Source: Myxococcota bacterium
Lineage (GTDB): Bacteria; Myxococcota_A; UBA9160; UBA4427
Length of the DNA stretch: 64,000 nucleotides
Assembly: GCA_965250285.1 (NCBI GenBank)
Contig: OZ252299.1
Location: forward strand, 3,808,001 to 3,872,000
Direction: 5' to 3'
Below, one piece after another: positions 17,878 through 27,178 of the stretch. A program made the position numbers and the translations under genes. Numbering within the stretch: the stretch's first letter is position 1; every line of letters begins with the position of its first letter. The notes under the pieces were generated by a model. The model ran no database searches. It was not told the origin of the DNA and saw only the letters and a program-made list of their open reading frames with translations.

Positions 17878-18918
17878 GTGCACCCCCGAACGGCGCGTCG
17901 ATCTCTGCACCGTGTGGCCGTGGGCGCGACCACCGCCCTGACCGCACTCCTGCCCGCCGTCGTCGTGGCCGAGGACGCCGCGCCGGGCTCGACGAGTGTG
18001 TTCGCGGCGGCCTCGGTCCCCGCCCAGGGCATCGTCGAGTACAGCCATCTCGTCATCGGCATCTGTGCGGCGATCTTCGTCGTCGTGATGAGCCTGATCG
18101 CCTTCACGGTCGTGCGCTACCGCGGACGACCGGGCGACGACGACCGCGAGCCCGCCCAGGTCTACGGCTCGAATCAGCTCGAACTCGCTTGGACGGTCGT
18201 GCCGATCATCATCGTGTTCGTGCTCTCGCTGGTCACCGTGCGCACGATCCTCGAGCTCCAGATCGACGAGCAGCCCGAGGGCTGGATGCCCGTGACCGTC
18301 GTGGGGCACCAGTGGTGGTGGGAGTTCGAGTATCCCGAGTACGGCTTCACGACGGCGAACGAGCTGCATCTGCCTTCGGGCCGGCCGACGTTCCTCAACC
18401 TGCAGAGCGCCGACGTCGTGCACTCGTTCTGGGTCCCCCAGCTGGCGGGCAAGACCGACGTGATCCCGAACCGTGAGAATCACATGTGGGTCGAGCCGAC
18501 CGAAGAAGGCGTGTTCGTCGGTCAATGTGCGGAGTACTGCGGCACGCAGCATGCGCACATGCTCTTGCGGGTCACTGTGCACACGCCCGAGGGTTTCGAG
18601 GCGTGGGCCAGAGCGCAGGCGCGCGAGGCCAGCCACGCGCAGGGCGTCGAGGCGGGGCGACAGATCTTTCTCGAGACGGCGTGCATCAACTGCCACACCG
18701 TGCGGGGCACGGTCGCCAACGGCCGCTTCGGCCCCGACCTCACGCACCTGATGGAGCGCCAGACGATCGGCGCCGGCGTCGCGCCGAACGACGCCGAGAA
18801 CCTCCGCGCCTGGGTGGCCGACCCCGACCACCTCAAGAGCGGCGCGCTGATGCCCGCGATGGGGCTGAACGATCACGAGATCGACGCCGTCGTCGCGTAT
18901 CTGATGACGCTGGAGTAG
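17878..18918 (+). CDS. ctaC: Cytochrome c oxidase subunit II with fused cytochrome c (caa3-type)
   Basis: LELAWTVVP, GHQWWWEFEY, DVVHSFWVP, CuA motif CAEYCGTQHAHM, heme c motif CINCH; start uncertain (17836-17912). Confidence 0.95.
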   Translation: MHPRTARRSLHRVAVGATTALTALLPAVVVAEDAAPGSTSVFAAASVPAQGIVEYSHLVIGICAAIFVVVMSLIAFTVVRYRGRPGDDDREPAQVYGSNQLELAWTVVPIIIVFVLSLVTVRTILELQIDEQPEGWMPVTVVGHQWWWEFEYPEYGFTTANELHLPSGRPTFLNLQSADVVHSFWVPQLAGKTDVIPNRENHMWVEPTEEGVFVGQCAEYCGTQHAHMLLRVTVHTPEGFEAWARAQAREASHAQGVEAGRQIFLETACINCHTVRGTVANGRFGPDLTHLMERQTIGAGVAPNDAENLRAWVADPDHLKSGALMPAMGLNDHEIDAVVAYLMTLE

Positions 18919-18925
18919 CCGAGCG

Positions 18926-20611
18926 ATGACGACACTCGACCCGCCGGTGCAGACCCCGATCGAAGCCACGCGTACGCAGCGCGCGGGATGGACCGAGGTG
19001 TTGCACGAATGGGTCGTGACGGTCGACCACAAGAAGCTCGGCATCATGTACATCACGTGCGGGGTGGTGTTTCTGGTCATCGGCGGGCTCGAGGCCACGG
19101 CGATGCGCCTGCAGCTCTTCTTCGCCGAGAACGATCTGATGGAGCCCGATACGTTCAATCGGCTCTTCACCGTGCACGGTACGACGATGGTCTTCTTCGT
19201 CGGCATGCCGATCGTCACCGGCTTCGGCAACTACCTGCTGCCGCTGATGGTTGGCGCCCGAGACATGGCCTTCCCACGACTCAACGCGTGGGGCTTCTGG
19301 ATGTTCCTGTTCGGTGCCCTGCTCTTCTATTTCAGCTACATCGGCAGCGAGGGCCTCTACGGCGCCGGCTCAGCACCCGACGTCGGCTGGTTCGCCTACG
19401 CCCCCCTCACGGGCAAGGCCTTCTCGCGGGGCAACGCGACCGACTACTGGATCCTCGGCATTCTCATCTCGGGCTTCGGCAGCATGTCGGGCGCGATCAA
19501 CATGATCACCACGGCGCTCACGATGCGGTGCCCGGGCATGACGCTCGCGAAGCTGCCGCTGTTCGTCTGGATGATGATGATCGTGTCGTTCCTGATGCTG
19601 ATCGCCCTGCCGCCCCTCACGGCCGCCCAGGTGATGCTGCTCTTCGACCGGTTCCTGGGGGCTCACTTCTTCGATACCCAAGCCGGCGGCGACGCCGTGC
19701 TCTGGCAACACTTCTTCTGGTTCTTCGGGCACCCCGAGGTCTACATCCTCATGCTGCCCGGCTTCGCCTACGCGTCCGAGATCATCCCCGTGTTCTCGCG
19801 CAAGGTGATCTTCGGCTACCCGATCATGGTGGCAGCGACCGCCGCGATCGGCGTGCTCTCGCTCGGCGTGTGGGCCCACCACATGTTCACCGTCGGCATG
19901 AGCCAGCCGCTCAACGTCTGGTTCGCGCTGGCGACGATGCTCGTCGGCGTGCCGACCGGCATCAAGATCTTCAACTGGATCGGTACGATGTTCGGCGGCA
20001 AGATCCGCTTCCGGCCGCCGATGATGTTCTGCATCGCCTTCCTCTTCCAGTTCGTGATCGCCGGGCTGACGGGCATCATGCTCGCCGCAGCCCCGTTCAC
20101 CTGGCAGCTCTCCGATTCGTACTTCGTGGTGGCGCACTTCCACTACGTGCTGATCGGCGGCCTCGTCTTCACGATCTTCGGCGCCATCTACTACTGGTTC
20201 CCGAAGATGTCCGGCCGCATGGTCGACGAGCGACTGGCCAAGGCACACTTCTGGCTCTTCGTCGTCGGCTTCCAGATCTCGTTCAACACGATGCACGTGC
20301 AGGGGCTGCTCGGGATGCCGCGCCGGGTCTACACGTACCCGGCCGACCGAGGCTGGGAGATCTGGAATCAGATCACGACGCTCGGCATCGCGTTCCAGAT
20401 CATCGGCCTGCTCTTCTTCGTCGCAGCGATCCTGCTCGCGCTGCGCAAGGGTGAGCCGGCGGGCCCCGACCCGTGGGACGCCTGGACGCTCGAGTGGTCG
20501 ACGAGCTCACCGCCGCCGGCGTACAACTTCGAAGAGATCCCCGAGGTCAAGAGCCGTCGACCGCTGTGGGACGCCAAGCACCCCGAAGACCCGGATTGGT
20601 TGTATGAGTAG
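18926..20611 (+). CDS. ctaD: Cytochrome c oxidase subunit I, A1-type
   Basis: TVDHKKLG, HGTTMVF, GHPEVY (A1 signature), WAHHMF, VAHFHY, MPRR. Confidence 0.97.
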   Translation: MTTLDPPVQTPIEATRTQRAGWTEVLHEWVVTVDHKKLGIMYITCGVVFLVIGGLEATAMRLQLFFAENDLMEPDTFNRLFTVHGTTMVFFVGMPIVTGFGNYLLPLMVGARDMAFPRLNAWGFWMFLFGALLFYFSYIGSEGLYGAGSAPDVGWFAYAPLTGKAFSRGNATDYWILGILISGFGSMSGAINMITTALTMRCPGMTLAKLPLFVWMMMIVSFLMLIALPPLTAAQVMLLFDRFLGAHFFDTQAGGDAVLWQHFFWFFGHPEVYILMLPGFAYASEIIPVFSRKVIFGYPIMVAATAAIGVLSLGVWAHHMFTVGMSQPLNVWFALATMLVGVPTGIKIFNWIGTMFGGKIRFRPPMMFCIAFLFQFVIAGLTGIMLAAAPFTWQLSDSYFVVAHFHYVLIGGLVFTIFGAIYYWFPKMSGRMVDERLAKAHFWLFVVGFQISFNTMHVQGLLGMPRRVYTYPADRGWEIWNQITTLGIAFQIIGLLFFVAAILLALRKGEPAGPDPWDAWTLEWSTSSPPPAYNFEEIPEVKSRRPLWDAKHPEDPDWLYE

Positions 20612-21206
20612 TGCGCAGCCCGACATTCATGCGGGGCACGGTCTCCCGGGCGCAGCGCATGGCGACGGGCGCGGGCGCGTCGGCGTCGCGCTGCTGATCC
20701 TCTCCGAGTCGGCGTTCTTCGCGGTGTTTCTCGCGGCCTACGGGTTCTACATCGGCAAGAGCCTGCATGGCCCGATGCCCGCCGACGTGCTCGAGTTCCC
20801 CGCGCTCGGCACGATCTGCCTGCTCTCGAGCAGCGGCACGATCATGCTCGCGACCCGCGGCCTCGCGGCCGGCGCCATCGGCCGGTTCGCGCTCTGGCTG
20901 GCCGTGACGTGGGCACTCGGCTCGGTCTTCCTCGCGGTGACCGCGATCGAGTGGGGTCACCTCTTCTCGGCAGGGCTCACCATTCGCACCAACCTGTTCG
21001 GAACCACCTTTTTCTCGCTGGTCGGCTTCCATGCGGCCCACGTCGCGATCGGCGTGGGGATCATGACGCTGCTCCTCGCGCTCAGCGCGCGTGGCGTCAT
21101 GCAAGCTGCGCATACCGAACGGGTCGAGCTCTTCTCGTGGTACTGGCATTTCGTCGACGTGGTCTGGATCGCGGTGGCCACGCTCGTCTACGTGATCGGC
21201 CGATGA
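20604..21206 (+). CDS. ctaE: Cytochrome c oxidase subunit III (short form)
   Basis: LILSESAFF, LVGFHAAHV, WYWHFVDVVW; ATG overlaps the end of ctaD. Confidence 0.92.
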   Translation: MSSAQPDIHAGHGLPGAAHGDGRGRVGVALLILSESAFFAVFLAAYGFYIGKSLHGPMPADVLEFPALGTICLLSSSGTIMLATRGLAAGAIGRFALWLAVTWALGSVFLAVTAIEWGHLFSAGLTIRTNLFGTTFFSLVGFHAAHVAIGVGIMTLLLALSARGVMQAAHTERVELFSWYWHFVDVVWIAVATLVYVIGR

Positions 21207-21228
21207 TGATCGGCGTGCGGAAGAGACC

Positions 21229-22098
21229 ATGACCGAAGAGCACGACACAGCGCACGAGACGACCGAAGACGGGATCGACCTGCCGACCCCGACGGCGTGG
21301 CCGGTCGTCTTCGCGCTCGGCATTTCGCTGCTCTTCGCCGGACTCGTCACGAACGTGATCGTCAGCTGGGTCGGCGCCGTGCTCTTCGTCTCGGGCGCGG
21401 TTGGCTGGTGGTTCGACATGTTCCCGGCCGAACGACACGAACGGGTCGCGCTGCAGCCCGCTTCGATGCGCCCGCCCCCGATCACGCCTCGTCCGGCGGC
21501 CGTCGAGCACCTGCGCGCCGGCGAAGGCGGGCATCGTGTGCGACTGCCCCTCGAGGTGCAGCCCTACTCGGCCGGGCTCCGGGGGGGCGCCGCGGGCGGG
21601 GTCGCCATGGCGCTCGTCGCCATGCTCTACGGCGTGCTGGCCCAGGGCAGCCCGTTCTATCCGATCAACCTGTTCGCGGCCACGGTCATGCCGTCACTCA
21701 ACACCGCCGACCTCGAGACGCTGCGCGCCTTCAACGGCACCGCGTTCGGACTCGCTTGCGTGCTGCACTTCGGCCTCTCGATGTTGGTCGGCCTCGTCTA
21801 CGCGGCGCTGCTCCCGACACTGCCCGGCCGCACCTGGCTGTGGGGTGGGCTCATCGCCCCGATCGCGTGGAGCGGCGTCGCCTGGGTGACGCTCGGCCTG
21901 GTCGCGCCTGCGCTCAACCAGCGCATCGACTGGATCTGGTTCATCGCATCGCAGGCGGCCTTCGGACTCGTCGCCGGGTTCGTGATCGCGCGCATCGAGC
22001 CGATTGCGGTCCTTCAGCGATTGCCCCTCGCGTCGAAAGCGGGCCTCGAAGCCCGCGGCGTGTCGCCATCGCACGACGATTCGGAGGCCGACTCGTGA
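21229..22098 (+). CDS. Multi-TM membrane protein, N-terminus like oxidase subunit IV / the missing subunit III helices
   Basis: DLPTPTAWPVVFALG...GWWFDM followed by about 4 more TM helices; embedded in the oxidase operon. Confidence 0.6.
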   Translation: MTEEHDTAHETTEDGIDLPTPTAWPVVFALGISLLFAGLVTNVIVSWVGAVLFVSGAVGWWFDMFPAERHERVALQPASMRPPPITPRPAAVEHLRAGEGGHRVRLPLEVQPYSAGLRGGAAGGVAMALVAMLYGVLAQGSPFYPINLFAATVMPSLNTADLETLRAFNGTAFGLACVLHFGLSMLVGLVYAALLPTLPGRTWLWGGLIAPIAWSGVAWVTLGLVAPALNQRIDWIWFIASQAAFGLVAGFVIARIEPIAVLQRLPLASKAGLEARGVSPSHDDSEADS

Positions 22099-22841
22099 CC
22101 CGGCTGCCCATGATCGCGTGCACCGTCACCGGGCTCGCGCTTCTCGCGTGCGGCGACCTGCCGGGCAAGCCGACCGAAGCCGATCGCTTCGTGCATCCGC
22201 AAGAGATCGTCGACTTCGACACGCTCTATGGCCTGCACTGCTCGGGCTGTCACGGCGAGGAGGGTCGACTCGGTCCGGCCCAGGCGCTGAACGACCCCGT
22301 CTATCTCGCCTACGCGCCCGACGAGGTGATGGTCTCGATCGTCCGCGACGGCGTGGCCGGCACGTCGATGCCGGCCTTCGGCATCGAGCGAGGCGGGCCG
22401 CTCACGGCCGCCCAGGTCGAGGCGCTGGTCGGCGGCCTGCGTGAGCGGTGGCGGGGGACGCCGCCCGACGACGTGCCGCCGTACCGTGCGACGGCTTCGG
22501 CCGAACCGGTCGACGAGCGCGAGGGGGCGCGCGTGTTCGAGCAGTTCTGTGGACGCTGTCACGGCGCCCATGGCCGGGGCACGAGCCAGGCCGGTGCCGT
22601 CGTCGACACGACCTACCTTTCGCTGCGCAGCGACCAGGGCCTGCGCACGACCGTCGTGGTCGGGCGGCCCGACCTCGAGATGCCCGACTGGCGAAGCCAT
22701 TCGCGCCACGGCGCGATGACCGAGCCCGAGATCGACACGGTCGTCGCCTGGATGATCTCGAAACGCAGCGCCTATCCCGGGCAGCCCTACCCCGATGACG
22801 CCCCGGCCAACGCAGCGCGCGCAGACGGAGGAATGCGCTGA
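22095..22841 (+). CDS. Diheme c-type cytochrome lipoprotein
   Basis: Lipobox LLA-C; CSGCH and CGRCH heme motifs, each with distal Met (SMP, EMP); GTGA overlap. Confidence 0.9.
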   Translation: MTRLPMIACTVTGLALLACGDLPGKPTEADRFVHPQEIVDFDTLYGLHCSGCHGEEGRLGPAQALNDPVYLAYAPDEVMVSIVRDGVAGTSMPAFGIERGGPLTAAQVEALVGGLRERWRGTPPDDVPPYRATASAEPVDEREGARVFEQFCGRCHGAHGRGTSQAGAVVDTTYLSLRSDQGLRTTVVVGRPDLEMPDWRSHSRHGAMTEPEIDTVVAWMISKRSAYPGQPYPDDAPANAARADGGMR

Positions 22842-23380
22842 TGTCCGACCCCGAAGCGTCCAAGCCCGGGCGACCGCCCAGCGTCCCGCCGGTCACCCGC
22901 CGCAGCTTCTTGTTCAAGCTCGGCCTCGGCCTGAACGCGATCGCCGCTTCGGCGCTGGCGATCCCCATCGTCGGCTTCATCTCGAGCGCGGTCTTCAAGC
23001 GCAAGGCGCAGCAGGCCTGGATCCCGCTCGGCGACATGACGCACTTTCCCGAGCGCGAGACGCGGCTCGCGACCTATCGCAACCCCTTCACGCGACCTTG
23101 GGATGGCGTCACCGGCGACATCCCGTGCTGGGTGCGTCACATCGAGGGCGGCCAGTTCCAGGTCTTCGCCATCAACTGCGCTCACCTCGGCTGCCCCGTG
23201 CGGTGGTTCCCCGAGTCGGGGCTCTTCATGTGCCCGTGCCACGGCGGCGTCTACTACGAAGACGGCTCGGTCGCTTCGGGTCCGCCGCCGCGTGGGCTGT
23301 TCGAGTACGAGTACAAGATCGAGAAGGGACAGCTCTGGGTGCGCGGTGGTCGCGTGCCCACGCTGTCGCAGTCGGTCTAG
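22841..23380 (+). CDS. qcrA: Rieske 2Fe-2S subunit of a menaquinol:cytochrome c reductase
   Basis: Tat motif TRRSFL; CAHLGC and CPCHGG. Confidence 0.93.
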   Translation: MSDPEASKPGRPPSVPPVTRRSFLFKLGLGLNAIAASALAIPIVGFISSAVFKRKAQQAWIPLGDMTHFPERETRLATYRNPFTRPWDGVTGDIPCWVRHIEGGQFQVFAINCAHLGCPVRWFPESGLFMCPCHGGVYYEDGSVASGPPPRGLFEYEYKIEKGQLWVRGGRVPTLSQSV

Positions 23381-23394
23381 CGGGCGGCGTTTCG

Positions 23395-24858
23395 ATGAGA
23401 GAGAGACTCGAAGCCCTGGGTGCCTGGCTCGATCAGCGACTGAAGCTGCAGTCGCTCTACGCTTCGTCGGCGGGGCACATGATCCCGCGGCGCTCGGCGA
23501 GCTGGTGGTACGTCCTCGGCAGCGCGACCCTGCTCTGCTTCGTGATTCAGATCGTGACCGGCATCTGTCTGTCGCTCGTCTACGTGCCCTCGACCACCGA
23601 GGCCTACGCGAGCCTCGAGTATCTCAACTATCAGCAAGCGATGGGCTGGTATCTCCGCGCCGTGCACTTCTGGGGCTCGAACTTCATGGTCGCCCTGCTC
23701 ACGCTCCACGTGATTCAGGTCTTCCTGTTCGGTGCGTACAAGTACCCCCGCGAGCTCACCTGGCTCGTTGGCTGCGTGCTGCTCGTGCTGACGCTGGGCG
23801 CCGCGTTCACCGGCCAGATCATGCGCTTCGATCAAGACGCGTACTGGGGGCTGGGCATTGGCGTCTCGATCATCGGCCGCGTGCCGCTCGTCGGCCCCGA
23901 GCTCGTCTCGCTCGTGCTCGGGGGGCCGATCATCGCGGGCGAGACCCTGTCGCGCTTCTTCACGCTGCACGTCTTCATCGTGCCCGGGCTGCTCATCGCA
24001 CTGATCTTCCTGCACCTGCGCCTCGTCCTGACGAACGGGATCAACGAGTATCCGACCCGCGGCCAGGAGGTCGATCCCGAGACGTACGACGAGGAGTACG
24101 AAGCCCTCGTCGAGCACGAAGGGATCCGCTTCTTCCCGGATGGCGCCGACCGCGACCTGGTCTTCGCCTTCGTCGTGCTCGCCGGCATCCTCGGCTGTGC
24201 CGCCATCTTCGGCCCGGAGGGCCCGAACGGCCCGCCCGACCCCACGCTGATCAACACGGCCCCCCGGCCCGACTTCTACTTCCTGTCGCTCTTCGCGGTG
24301 CTGGCGCTCTTGCCGCCGGCGATCGAAGACTTCTTCATCCTGGGCGTGCTGCCGCTCATCGTACTGATCCTCTTTGCCGTCCCGTTCATCTCGAACCGCG
24401 GTGCGAAGCACCCCGCCGACCGGCCGATGTCGGTGATCCTCGTCGTGCTCGTGATGACGACGATCGTGACCTTCGCGGTGCTCGGGCTGCGTTCACCGTG
24501 GTCGCCGCACATGGACGCGTGGAGCGGCGAGCCGATGCCGCCGGCCGTGATCGAGGGTCGCGCACCGCTCGAGCTCGCCGGCGCCGCCGTGTTCCAATCG
24601 AAGCAGTGTCGCAACTGTCACGCGATCGACGGGTCGGGCGGGGAGCGCGGGCCCGATCTCGGCGACGTCGCCACGCGCCTGACCTCGGATCAGCTGACGC
24701 GCCAGGTGCTGCAAGGCGGCGGCAACATGCCCGCGTACGGCAAGCACCTGAGCCCGGCCCAGACCACCGCCCTCGTCGCGTTCATGCGCACGCTCTACCC
24801 GGCCAACCAGCTGCCTGCACGCGACTCGGCGATCCCGGCCCGACCCGAGCCGCAATGA
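23395..24858 (+). CDS. qcrB: Cytochrome b (unsplit) with C-terminal monoheme cytochrome c
   Basis: RAVHFWGS...LHVIQVF, YPRELTW, RFFTLH...FLHL, Qo motif PDFY, C-terminal CRNCH...NMP. Confidence 0.93.
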   Translation: MRERLEALGAWLDQRLKLQSLYASSAGHMIPRRSASWWYVLGSATLLCFVIQIVTGICLSLVYVPSTTEAYASLEYLNYQQAMGWYLRAVHFWGSNFMVALLTLHVIQVFLFGAYKYPRELTWLVGCVLLVLTLGAAFTGQIMRFDQDAYWGLGIGVSIIGRVPLVGPELVSLVLGGPIIAGETLSRFFTLHVFIVPGLLIALIFLHLRLVLTNGINEYPTRGQEVDPETYDEEYEALVEHEGIRFFPDGADRDLVFAFVVLAGILGCAAIFGPEGPNGPPDPTLINTAPRPDFYFLSLFAVLALLPPAIEDFFILGVLPLIVLILFAVPFISNRGAKHPADRPMSVILVVLVMTTIVTFAVLGLRSPWSPHMDAWSGEPMPPAVIEGRAPLELAGAAVFQSKQCRNCHAIDGSGGERGPDLGDVATRLTSDQLTRQVLQGGGNMPAYGKHLSPAQTTALVAFMRTLYPANQLPARDSAIPARPEPQ

Positions 24859-24925
24859 CCCCAGCTCGAGCCGGGCCCCGGCGCGCGCGCACTCGCCCGT
24901 CCGGCGACAGCGGTACGATCTGCAC

Positions 24926-27178
24926 GTGAACCCGCACCTCGCTGCCGCGCTGCTCTCCTGGTCGATCGAACCCGCGATCGCCGTCGCGATCGCGCTCACG
25001 GCAGCCCTCTACCTACGCGGGTTCTCTTCGCTGCGCCGCCTCCATCCCGAGCGCCTCCCGACATGGCGGCGCACGGCGTTCCTCGCCGGGCTCGGCACAT
25101 TCTGGATCGCGGTGGCGTCGCCGATCGACGCGTTCGCCGATCTGTTCCTCCAGGCGCACATGGCGCAGCACGTCTTGCTGATGCTCGTCGCGCCGCCGCT
25201 CGTCTGGCTGGGCGCTCCGGCCAACCCGATCCTGCACGGACTGCCGCGGCGCGTGCTCGCTCACGGACTCGGGCCTTTTCTCGGCTGGCCAGCGCTCGGC
25301 CGGGTCGGTCGGTTCCTCACCCATCCGGTGACGGCCTGGCTTCTGTTCTCGGCGACGCTCTGGGCGTGGCACGCGCCGCGCGCCTACCAGCTCGCCCTGC
25401 GCGATCCGTTCTGGCACGACGTCGAACACCTGAGCTTCTTCGGCGCCGCGCTCCTCTTCTGGTACCCCGTCGTGCAGCCCTGGCCGGGGCACGCGGTCTG
25501 GCCCCGCGCCGCCATGCTGCCGTACCTGGCGCTCGCCGGCGTTCAGATGACCGCGTTCTCCGCCGTCTTCGCGTTCTCGTCCCACGTCTACTACCCGGCC
25601 TACCTCGAGGTCCCTCGCCTCTTCGCGACCTCGGCGCTGACCGATCAGCGCGCGGCCGGCGCGGTGATGTGGGTGCCCGGCTCGATCGTGCTGCTCGTCG
25701 CGATCGGCGGCGCTGCCTTCTCGGTCGTCGAGCCGCGCATCGTGCAACCGTCGACACGCGGCACTGCGCCGATGAAGCAGGCTCCGCCTCTTTGGCGCAG
25801 CGCCGTCACCAGAACGCTCATGACGCCGCGAACGCGCCGCGTCGCGCAGTGGACGCTCCTGCTCCTCGCCCTTGCCATCGTGATCGACGGCGCCTTCGGC
25901 CCCACGCTGGCCGAGCGCAACGCCGCCGGCGTGCTGCCGTGGACCTTCTGGCGCGCGTGCGCTGTCGTCGGCCTCGTCGTCGCCGGCAACTGGGTCTGCT
26001 TCGCCTGCCCCTTTACCCTGCCCCGATCGCTCGCCCGTCGCTGGCTCGGCGGCGACCACACCCCGCCCCCGATCCTGCGCAGCAAGTGGATCGGCGTGGC
26101 GCTGTTCGTCGCATTCCTGATCTCGTACGAAGTGTTCGATCTCTGGAACCGACCGGGCTGGACGGCCACGATCATCGCCGGCTACTTCGCCGCCGCCTTC
26201 GCGGTCGATGGTCGATACGGCGCGGCCACGTTCTGCCGTTCGACGTGCCCGATCGGCCAGTTCCAGTTCACCGGCGCCCTGGTCTCGCCTCTCGAGGTCG
26301 GAGTGCGCAGCGACGCCGTTTGCGCGCGGTGCACGACCCACGAGTGCCTCGTGGGCGATGCGGCGTCACCGGGCTGCGAGCTCGACCTGTTTCAGCCAGC
26401 GAAGATCGGCAATCTCGACTGTACGTTCTGCTTCGACTGCGCGACGGCGTGCCCGCACGACAACGTGACGCTGCGGGCCCATTCGCCGCTGCCCGATCTC
26501 GTGAGCGACGCGCCCCGGGCCGGCCTCGGCCGCCTGTCGGCCCGCGCCGACCTCGCGGCCTTCGCGCGCATCTTCGTCTTTGGCGCCTTCGCGAACGCCG
26601 CCGCGATGGTCGCGCCCGTCACGGCGCTGCGCGACCGGCTCGCCGCGGCGAGCCCCGTCGGCGAAGACGTCGCCACGGCGATCCTGCTCGCGGTCGCCCT
26701 CGTCGCCGTGCCTTTTGGCGTCACCCGGGTCTGCACGCACCTCGGCGCATTCGTCGCGCACGATGCGCGCGCTACGGCCGAGCAGCGGCGCATCGAGCGG
26801 CGATTCGTGTTCGGGCTCGTTCCGTTGGGTCTTGCTCTTTGGCTCGGCCACTTCGTCTTCCACGGTGTCACCGCGGGACCGGCCTGGCAGAATCTCGCGG
26901 CGCGCGCGAGTGGCGAAGTCGGTGCCTCGATGGCTGCACCGTGGCTCGCGATCGAGTCACTGATGGCGTTCGAGATCGCCGCCCTGGGCGTGGGTCTCTG
27001 GATCAGCGCCGCGGCGCTTTGGAAGATTGCTCTCGATCTGGCACCGAACACGCGACGGGCATTCTCGTGGTTCATGCCCTGGGGCGCCCTCGCCCTCGCA
27101 CTGTGGGCGCTCGGGCTCTGGATCGTCTTTCAGCCGATGGAGATGCGCGGCGCGATGACGATGGCGGGCATGGGATGA
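24926..27178 (+). CDS. CtaG-type oxidase assembly factor fused to a NapH/CcoG-like 4Fe-4S membrane domain
   Basis: N-half: AHMAQHVLLMLVAPPL, WAWH, HDVEH, DQRAAGAVMWVPG (caa3 CtaG); C-half: CFACP, CRSTCP, CARCTTHEC, CTFCFDCATACP. Confidence 0.85.
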   Translation: MNPHLAAALLSWSIEPAIAVAIALTAALYLRGFSSLRRLHPERLPTWRRTAFLAGLGTFWIAVASPIDAFADLFLQAHMAQHVLLMLVAPPLVWLGAPANPILHGLPRRVLAHGLGPFLGWPALGRVGRFLTHPVTAWLLFSATLWAWHAPRAYQLALRDPFWHDVEHLSFFGAALLFWYPVVQPWPGHAVWPRAAMLPYLALAGVQMTAFSAVFAFSSHVYYPAYLEVPRLFATSALTDQRAAGAVMWVPGSIVLLVAIGGAAFSVVEPRIVQPSTRGTAPMKQAPPLWRSAVTRTLMTPRTRRVAQWTLLLLALAIVIDGAFGPTLAERNAAGVLPWTFWRACAVVGLVVAGNWVCFACPFTLPRSLARRWLGGDHTPPPILRSKWIGVALFVAFLISYEVFDLWNRPGWTATIIAGYFAAAFAVDGRYGAATFCRSTCPIGQFQFTGALVSPLEVGVRSDAVCARCTTHECLVGDAASPGCELDLFQPAKIGNLDCTFCFDCATACPHDNVTLRAHSPLPDLVSDAPRAGLGRLSARADLAAFARIFVFGAFANAAAMVAPVTALRDRLAAASPVGEDVATAILLAVALVAVPFGVTRVCTHLGAFVAHDARATAEQRRIERRFVFGLVPLGLALWLGHFVFHGVTAGPAWQNLAARASGEVGASMAAPWLAIESLMAFEIAALGVGLWISAAALWKIALDLAPNTRRAFSWFMPWGALALALWALGLWIVFQPMEMRGAMTMAGMG

